Positions 54,946-64,000 of a stretch of DNA of 64,000 bases are shown piece after piece. Source of the DNA: Octopus sinensis (Eukaryota). A model generated the notes under the pieces. That model was given only the letters and a program-made list of their open reading frames with translations, made no database searches and had not been told where the DNA came from. Each line of letters starts with the position of its first letter. Position 1 is the stretch's first letter. The stretch is from positions 36,580,001-36,644,000 of the forward strand of contig NC_043015.1 in assembly GCF_006345805.1 (NCBI RefSeq). The letters are read 5' to 3'. Position numbers and translations under genes: made by a program.

Positions 54946-55554
54946 TCACACACACACACACACACAAACACGCACACACACGCACACACACACATATGTA
55001 CACATAAGTGCGTGTCTTTTTGCTATACTCTAAAGATTTGTTTTTAAATTAATCGTTTTTAATTTTAAATAAAACAGTCTTTTAAATTGTATGCCTGTAT
55101 CAGATACATACTAAGTCACTCTCACATACACATATGCGTCTATGTATGTGCGAGAGTGTGTCTGTATGCGAGTGTATGTGATCTTGAGTGTGTGTGTGTG
55201 TGTAAGTAATGCAGTAGTACTGCAGCAAATGCTTTGAGCGTTCATTCTCAGCGAAGTTCTATAAATCAAAGACAGGGGATGCAGAAGGGAAATACATACG
55301 GCGCAATAGAATTACAGTTCCACCAAAATCTCAGATGCTGCACTTGTCAGTAACACGTGACTATCTTTGATAGATTTCACACCCGACGTAATTCAAAGCA
55401 AAGCGGAACAAGGTATTATTTCCGTTAGGCGATTCTTTAATTAACTTGCGTGATGTATAGTGTAAGTAGAGACTAACTAATTAATTATCGTGACACACTC
55501 TCCAAGACACAGAAGCACACAACACGAAACTACGCACATACGCTGTCATACACA

Positions 55555-55805
55555 CATACGTACATACATACATACATACATACATACAAACATACATGCA
55601 TCCATCCATCCATCCATCCATCCATCCATCCATCCATCCATCCATACATACATACTCTCATACATACATACATACATACATACATACATACAAACATACA
55701 TACATGCATGCATCCATCCATCCATCCATCCATCCATCCATCCATCCATACATACATACTCTCATACATACATACATGCATGCATACATACATACATACA
55801 TACAC
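55555..55805. repeat. Alternating (TACA)n/(TCCA)n microsatellite with higher-order duplication
   Basis: The block TACA..caaacatacat(..)gcatcca(TCCA)n..tactctca occurs twice. Confidence 0.9.
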
Positions 55806-56464
55806 GAAGAGCCACACTCTCACACGCACGCACACGTACACAAGCATGTATAAATATATATACATATACCTAGAGAGGAAGGGGAAGAGTGAGACACATG
55901 TAAATGCAAGCATATAAACGTATACACATATTTATATACCCGAATACATAAACCCCCACCCCAACACTCCGTACAAGTATACATACGTACACACATACAT
56001 ACATATATATGTTTATATATCTATGTTATGAATATATGTATGTATATGTATGTATGTATATGTATATATGTATATATATGCATACACACACAGATGTTTG
56101 AATAGATGCGTATGCATACACACATACACGAATGCTTACACATGCAACATAAGAATGGGAGTACGTACGGCGCTATAGAATTGTAGTTGCGTCCAAATAT
56201 CAGGCGCTGTTACGAGTCGGAGACCCCGAAATCTCCGTCCCTTCACCCAAAACCACTTTAGCAAAATATATTAAGCGTGCTCGAAAAAACTTTCCTAAAC
56301 ATACAATAAAGCTTATTCTGTTGGCTGGCGTAGGGACAGTGAATCAATCAACAGCACAAATCGAAAATGGATTTTCGGGTAGATCTTCGGGTATTTCTTT
56401 CTTAGTTATATACTTCGGTACAGTCATGTCTCTGGAGTTACGAAAATCGATTTCTAATCTAATA

Positions 56465-56832
56465 ATTTCAGGTTCATTTCTGCTGCGCGGCAACTCTTTT
56501 CTGCTATTCTCACTGACCGACCAACGCCGTGTGAGTGAATTCCGAAGACGGAAACAGTGTGGAATCCTGTCTCATATGTATATATGTGAAAGTATGTGTG
56601 TATGTGAAAGTATGCATGTATGTGTGTGATTTTGTATTCTTTGTGTTCCTCTTCCCTCAGCGATTAACAACCAGCGTTGTTTTGTTTATGGAGACGTAAC
56701 TTAGCGGTTCGTTAAAAGTGTCAGACAGAATACATGCCAGACTTATGAACAGACGCTGTTCATTAATTAAACCAAATCATTGAATGCAATGCACCAGCAA
56801 GGAAGAAGTGAAATGGCTGAAACAAGTAAAAG
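56465..56832 (+). mobile_element. SINE family B copy (degenerate)
   Basis: ggttca..ctgcgcggcaac..gaccaacgccgtgtgagtgaatt..gacggaaac..cgtaacttagcggttcg..ctgaaacaagtaaaag. Confidence 0.7.
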
Positions 56833-57310
56833 TTATTGTCAGAAATTGCCTCCAAGATATCTGAAATTTACGCCAGACTTAATATTTACGATTGCTTTTA
56901 CATAATGTCAATGGCAATAATCGTGCAACTAGCTGCGCTTCTGTGGAGATGGATGAATCGAAAGTATTCTAGTTCCGACTAAGATCACGGTCCAACGTGC
57001 TGGCAAAATATTGTGTTTTCTGGAACTGGTAAAGAATCGTAGAAAAGCCATCATGGTATCAACAGGGATGGATGCATGAAAACAGTGATCACTGACCAGG
57101 AATTGGCAAAATACTTACACCAGACGTGTATAAGTGTCTGTATGTGCGTTTATGTGTCTGTGAGAGTGTGTATGTGTGGTGAAGAGTAGCCATCATATCT
57201 AACTCGTTTCGCCGTTATATCTAAAATGCACAGACAGCTCTTTATATCGTAGATATTTTTTTCATATGCCTCAGTGACAGATTTCCGTGCATTATCTGTA
57301 TGTCCAGCAT

Positions 57311-57351
<41 letters not shown>

Positions 57352-57929
57352 TAGTATGTTTTGTATGCCCATATATTTATGCACGTATAGCTTGCTCGGT
57401 GACCACTGTTTTTAAGCGACAGAAGATATATTCGTTATGGGCCTGGTGTAAAAGAACACGTGAAAGTAAGTCATAGCCGAGCGAGACAGTTCAAATAGAT
57501 CCCTTCTCGGAGCGAAGGGCATCAATGTTTCGTCGTTCGTCTGACTTATAAATGATACATTCAGAACAAGGTCCTGCACGTGCTGATGGCGGGGTTAACT
57601 CAATCAATGATGGTGCGCTTAACTGTCAATATATATCTCTGTATCAAAAGGATGTGTTATAACAATATCTAACATATACAAAACAGTCATGCCAACAATG
57701 CAACATACCTCCATCATCAGCTGCGACACGGATATCATTATGGTTTCGACACCTGAGCAGTACCGTTCAATCCGATATATTTCAAATACTTCGCCGTCAC
57801 TAAAATGTGATGGAGGGTGCAGGAAGCACCAACATTGCCAGAAATACGAGTCAAAATACTCTTTAGCTACAATAGCTCATTTTCTATTCATTGACAAGTG
57901 AGACAACAACCACACCACAATTGAGAGGT

Positions 57930-57980
57930 CTTAGATTGGCATGTCAATTTCGCATGATATTTCATGCTCATCAGTTATAG
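57930..57980 (-). ncRNA. Type-I hammerhead ribozyme motif with fully canonical core
   Basis: Minus strand: ctataa CTGATGA GCATGA-aata-TCATGC GAAA TTG-acatgc-CAA TC taag. Perfect 6-bp stem II, 4-bp stem III and AUC triplet; proximal stem I is weak. Confidence 0.75.
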
Positions 57981-57984
57981 TTTC

Positions 57985-58350
57985 AGGCCTATCTGTGTGG
58001 TAAAACGATCGTACCGCAACCGCATGCTTCCCGGTTCAGTGACTTCTACTATAGCCTCGGGCCTATCAAACCATTGTGAGTGAATTTCGTTGACAAACTG
58101 AAAAATACCGACCTATATGTATCTATGCGTGTGTCTATGTGTCTCTATTTTTCCCACACTACTCCTAGAAATAGGTGTTAGTGAGTTTATGTCCCTCTAA
58201 CTGGGCAGTTTGTCAAAAGAAATCGATAAATTGTGAAAAGAAATCGATAAATCGAGGTTTCACAAAACTAAGTCCTGGCCTCGATTTGCTCAACTAAAAG
58301 CATTCAGGGCGGTGTCTCAGGTTAGCCGTAGTGAAGTGACACAATAATAA
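57985..58350 (+). mobile_element. SINE family B copy (degenerate)
   Basis: ctgtgtggtaa..caaccgcatg..ggttcagt..cttctactatagcctcgggc..ttgtgagtgaattt..ggcggtgtctcag. Confidence 0.7.
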
Positions 58351-59159
58351 AAGATAATAGACGGATAGATAGATAGAGAGACATACATATAGATAGATAG
58401 GTAGATAGATAGATAGATACATACATACATACATAGATACATACATACATACATAAATACATACATACATACATACATACAAACAGGGATACACATATAT
58501 GCATACGTATATTTATACGCATTTCTAATATATATATATATCAGCTAATAAATGTTTTATGGGTATTCAGTTAGGCAGAATATGAAGCGTTAAATACTCA
58601 CTGTTATGAAATGCTTCGATTTGATGTATTGATGAACTTACATACACTATAAATAAACGCAATACCACTTGCAATAACAATTAAATAACAATCTACACAC
58701 ACGCACATACATACATACATATATATATATATATTATATATATATATATACATGTATACATATTTATGCAAATACTTAGAAATGCGAAAGCGTGTGTGTG
58801 CCTGTACTTATATATATATATCTATATATATGTATATATATGTATATATATATGTATATATATATATGTATATATATATGTATGTATATATATGTATATA
58901 TGTATATATATATATATATACATATACACGTGATATTATATATATTATATATACGTGATATTATATATATCAAAAGTTCATATAAAACTGACAAGAAGGC
59001 AATTATAAAGCCGTTAATGATAGTCAAGGAAAGATAAATCATTTTCATTTGGTAGATATGGAATATCTTCGTTTTTCTCGAAAGAACGCATATAATTGAT
59101 TTAAATATGATAATTTTCATTTCTTTATCTTATTTATATCTTCTTCGTATAGAAAGTTT

Positions 59160-59391
59160 TCATCTTATTCTTCTTCATCTATTTCTTCATCTACTTCTTC
59201 TTTATTTCTCTTCATCTTCTTCTTTTTCTCCTCCTCCTCCTCCTCCTCCTTCTACTTCTTCTTCTTTTCTCTTAATATTCTTCTTCTTCTTCTCCTCCTC
59301 CTCCTCCTCCTCCTTCTACTTCTTCTTCTTCTTCTTCTCCTTCTCCTTCATCATCTTCTTCTTTTCCTCCTCCTTCTTCTCCTTCTTCGTC

Positions 59392-59446
<55 letters not shown>

Positions 59447-59530
59447 TATTATTATTTTTTTTATTCTTATTGTTGTTGTTGTTCTTCTTCTATTTCTATT
59501 TCTTCTCTTTTTTCTCCTCCTCCGCCTTCT
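59160..59530. repeat. Pyrimidine-rich compound trinucleotide tract
   Basis: Direct reading. Confidence 0.9.
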
Positions 59531-60279
59531 TTCCCACTTTCTTTTTTTTCCTCCATATCTCATCTTCTATGCCGCGATCACCATTACGTTTCATATATTT
59601 GCATTTTTTTTTCGGGGCTTTTTTTTTTGCATGTAGCAAACTTTCGCCTGCAATTTGCATTCATTGTTCCAGTTCGATGTGAACTTGTTCAATAAACATT
59701 TTGACACCTAATCATTCGCTTGTTGAGAGAGATCGAACCACAAAGAAGCAAGAATCATTCAAAAGCAACAAAACAATCACAAACACAAAAATAACTCAAG
59801 AAATACACAAGATGCATCGATACAGATAAACACATCAACGACGCACATATAACTATATATATATTTACATTTATACGCATATATATATATATATATAGAT
59901 ATATATATATATATAGATAGATGCAAACATATATGTGTGTGTGTAACATCGATATGTATTATGTATGTACGTATGTATGAACGAATGCGTGTATGGTTTC
60001 TGATACGTACAACTGTGAATTTACGTAGAGGTATGCTGAAGAACAGGCGCAGACGTACCTACGTATCGTCAAGTCAACCCAATCATGGTTTATGTGACTA
60101 TCACAGCAGCCTATATTTCAGATCAAAAGAGTTTCCATGATTTTATTTCTAAAATAAATTCTACTTAGAAATTATGTAACACAATATGTATGCATACATT
60201 TATACACAAACACATGCACAAACACTCGCATACATACATACACATATACATACATACATACATATATGAATGTGCATTC

Positions 60280-60322
<43 letters not shown>

Positions 60323-60332
60323 TTATTATAAA

Positions 60333-60369
<37 letters not shown>

Positions 60370-60484
60370 TACATATATATATATAATATAATATATAATA
60401 TATATATATATATATATATACATATATATATACATACATATATATATACATACATGTAATATATATGTATGTATATATAATATG

Positions 60485-60516
<32 letters not shown>

Positions 60517-60520
60517 ATAT

Positions 60521-60562
<42 letters not shown>
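60280..60562. repeat. (AT)n-rich tract
   Basis: Direct reading. Confidence 0.9.
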
Positions 60563-60565
<3 letters not shown>

Positions 60566-61803
60566 AAACACACATGTACAAGCAAACACTTGTTCATGCT
60601 AGAACATCGGATCTGTGCTCCTCTAATCTAATATCTTTGCGTACGTGTGTATGTTTGTGTGTGCTTATGTGTGTTTGTGTGTGCGCGGCTGTATGTGTGT
60701 ATGCATGTCTGTCTGAGTATGTGCGTGTATGCCCGTACGTATGTCTGTGTGTCTGTGCGTGTGTATCACGGACTTTCTCTGATAACGTCTTTCCACCTCT
60801 GCCTGTAAATTCAGTTATGCAATCTAAAGCAGGCGTTTATTTAGTTACTCAATGTAATTCATACACAATCTATAGATTCGCTGACAAATGAATACCGAAG
60901 CCTACACATGGTGAGAGATGCTATCGTTCGCCTGTATAGCAAATCACGCTCATATTTTACATATATACTGCCATGTTTATACATATGTTTCTAAATATGC
61001 ACACATATAAACACGCCCAAACATATATATAATTATACATACATAGTTTATACACACACACACCAACACACACACATATATATATACAGTGAGATAGATA
61101 GATATACGTATCTATATATGTATGTATATATACATATATGTACATATATATATATATATACGCGTTTTAAGTCTGTGTATGTATGTATCTATTAGCATGT
61201 CTTTATATATATATATATACATATAACTACACACGCACACGTTTATAGTTTTATTACTGTGTACCTACCAACTCCCTGAACGTACAATTGTAACTGCTCA
61301 TATTTACATTTCCATTCAAATGCAAGCATTTGCATTTGCATATAATTATTTTTTCCTATTCCCACTCTTTGATACATTCTCAGTCACACTAGAGCGAAGT
61401 GAGTCGTTTATTGTTCACACTCTCATTCATTTTATTATAGCATCTGAATAACAGCATCAAATGCGTTTAATATATGTATGGACCATATACATTTCACTGC
61501 TTTGCGTTGATAAAATTACTTTATCAGAAAATGTACTATTTATGCATATATACTATATTAATTATTTCCTCCGCTGTTTGATTTTTCTACATAATTCATT
61601 TGATATCACTCATCTATTAGCGAGCGTATTGCAGTGGAATAAATGACTGACTTTTATCTGTATGTTGTTTATAAGACTTATTGGAGTAGAAGCGATAATA
61701 ATTATATAGAAAGTGACGAAACGTGCACCAGTTGGTGTCTTTATATTATCTTTATATCCGCCGTAGTGATAACCACCTCTTTCACTCCATCTCAGTATCT
61801 CCG

Positions 61804-61846
<43 letters not shown>

Positions 61847-61930
61847 CTTTCTATTCTGTATACATACATACATACTACAATATACATATATATATATATA
61901 TACATATACATACATTTATATATATATATA

Positions 61931-61969
<39 letters not shown>

Positions 61970-62569
61970 ATACATATATCTATATATATATATCTCATAT
62001 ATATATATATATATATATAGATATATAGTATATATTATTATACATTCTTATATATATATGAATATATATATACACGCACGCACACGCGCACACACGCACA
62101 CACACCCTATATATATATGCATATCAGTGTGTAAAAATATATATATATATATATATAATATACACATATGTAAATACATATTCACACTTGCACACATATA
62201 TTTATACACACAGATGTGCATATATATATATATGTGTGTATGTATATATAAATACATGCATGCATACATATATATACTTACACATATATATACACAGGAA
62301 TTTATTTGTCTTTCAGAGTGTGCTTCTGCATGCGTAGGTGTATGTGTGTACGTATGCGTGTGTGTAACGGAGGGGAATGTAATACTGCGTCGGCGGCGTC
62401 GGCGGAGTGCAATGTAATATCACAAGTAATTAAGAAATCATTTGGTTACAGTCTGTTTCGTGCAATTATGCAACCGCTGCATAATTCCATTATTCACGCA
62501 CCATGATTTTCCGTACCGCATCGTTCCGCATCGTTCCGCAGCGGAGTGAGGGACCAGAAACCAATTTCT

Positions 62570-62790
62570 CTTTCATCTTTTACTCGTTTCAGTCACTAAA
62601 CTGCGGCCAAATTGGGGTCAAGGCATTACAGGTTTTCGTCGATAAAAGTCAACACCAGCACTTATTTGAAAACCTAGCAATTATTCACTCGATCTCCTTA
62701 ACTGAATCGCTAAGTTACGGAAATCCAACACCGTCTGGTGGGCGAGAGACAAGCTTAAATACAAACAGACACGCGCACACATGAACACAC
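62570..62790 (-). mobile_element. SINE family B 3' half (degenerate)
   Basis: ttttactcgtttcagtcactaaactgcggcca..gaatcgctaagttacgg. Confidence 0.6.
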
Positions 62791-62803
62791 ACACATACAT
62801 ACA

Positions 62804-62834
<31 letters not shown>

Positions 62835-62927
62835 ATATCTATCATAATATATATATTCCTAAAAATAAATAAAGAACATTTATACTCCAGAGATATTTTA
62901 ATGTTTGCGGCCGCATGATAAACCCGT

Positions 62928-63145
62928 ATATTCTTTTATTATTTTACTTGTTTCAGTCACTTGACTGCGACCATGCTGGAGCAACACCTTTAGTCGAGCA
63001 AACCGAGCCCAGAACTTATTCTTTGTAAGCCCAGTACTTATTCTATCGGTCCCTTTAGCCGAACCGCTAGGTTACGGGGGACGTAAACATACCACCATCG
63101 GTTGTCAAGCGATATTGGGGGACAAACACAGACACACAAACATAT

Positions 63146-63200
<55 letters not shown>

Positions 63201-63365
63201 ATACGACGGACTTCTTTCAGTTTCCATCTACCAAATCCACTCACAAGGCATTGGTCGGCCCGAGGTTATAGTAGAAGACACTTGTCCAAAGTGCCACGCA
63301 GTGGGACTGAACCCAGAACCATGTGGTTGGTAAGCAAGTTACTTACCACACACCCACTCCTACGC
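62928..63365 (-). mobile_element. SINE family B, near full length, with internal microsatellite
   Basis: Tail tacttgtttcagtcacttgactgcgaccatgctggagca, body gaaccgctaggttacggggacgtaaac, and a tRNA-like head with box-B-like ggttcagtccc on the minus strand. Confidence 0.85.
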
Positions 63366-63542
63366 ATATATATATATATATATATAAATACAATAAGAGG
63401 CTTCCAAATAGGAATACAATAAGAGACTTCCAAAGAGGCTCTTATTGTATTTCTATATGAATAATATATAGTCTAATGACTAATTCATTTTTTGTGCTAG
63501 GCCACTAGTAATAATAATTTATTATTACCCTATTTTATTATG

Positions 63543-63573
<31 letters not shown>

Positions 63574-63647
63574 CAAGGGCGCTTCTTTTAAAAACTCCAG
63601 CTTTGCTAAAAATATCTGTGAAACACTCCGAATCTACAAAAATTAAT

Positions 63648-63683
<36 letters not shown>

Positions 63684-64000
63684 CGCGCGTGCATTTGTGT
63701 GTGTATATGTGCGTGTGTATGTTTGTGTGTGTACACTACACGTTTCTTTCTGAGCTTCTCATTTTAAACTTCATCTGTACACAACTCCGTAAGCAGTGTT
63801 ATCGAAAGACTTGAAAAACCGACTTTCCGCTTTAGGGTAAGGTGAATGTATGGGGAGAATACACAGCATCTGACAAACTTGCATTTAAGACTTGCGTTTT
63901 GATCGCTCAATATTCCGAAGAGTCACTAAAGATATCGGTTCATTCGGTTTTAGCGTCAGTTTTCTTTTTACAGACTTCCGAATAATTTTGCATTCTCAAG

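Noticed and set aside
56471-56530. Apparent exon with tttcag acceptor and gtgagt donor
   Set aside because: Both signals fall within a SINE family B copy (ccttgtgagtggattt consensus).

Overview
Very AT-rich eukaryotic DNA saturated with di-, tri- and tetranucleotide microsatellites. The SINE families and repeat landscape resemble an octopus (coleoid cephalopod) genome; this is recognition from repeat sequences, not a database result. I cannot support any intact protein-coding gene or exon: nearly all ORFs in the track are translations of simple repeats, so the window is probably intergenic or a large intron. Identifiable content: many tRNA-derived SINE copies, decayed transposon fossils (DD37E/TRT-type Tc1 transposase, hAT transposase, R4/Dong-type and CR1-type LINEs), one complete non-autonomous Helitron, and two near-identical tandem duplications bounded by (TA)n. 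The most interesting signal is a set of about ten type-I hammerhead-ribozyme (HHR) motifs from several unrelated sequence families. Two have fully canonical catalytic cores (57930-57980 minus, 24111-24196 plus). Several others sit in long fold-back elements carrying the motif in both polarities. This fits Penelope-like-element or retrozyme-type relics. All structures were folded by eye and need computational and biochemical confirmation.
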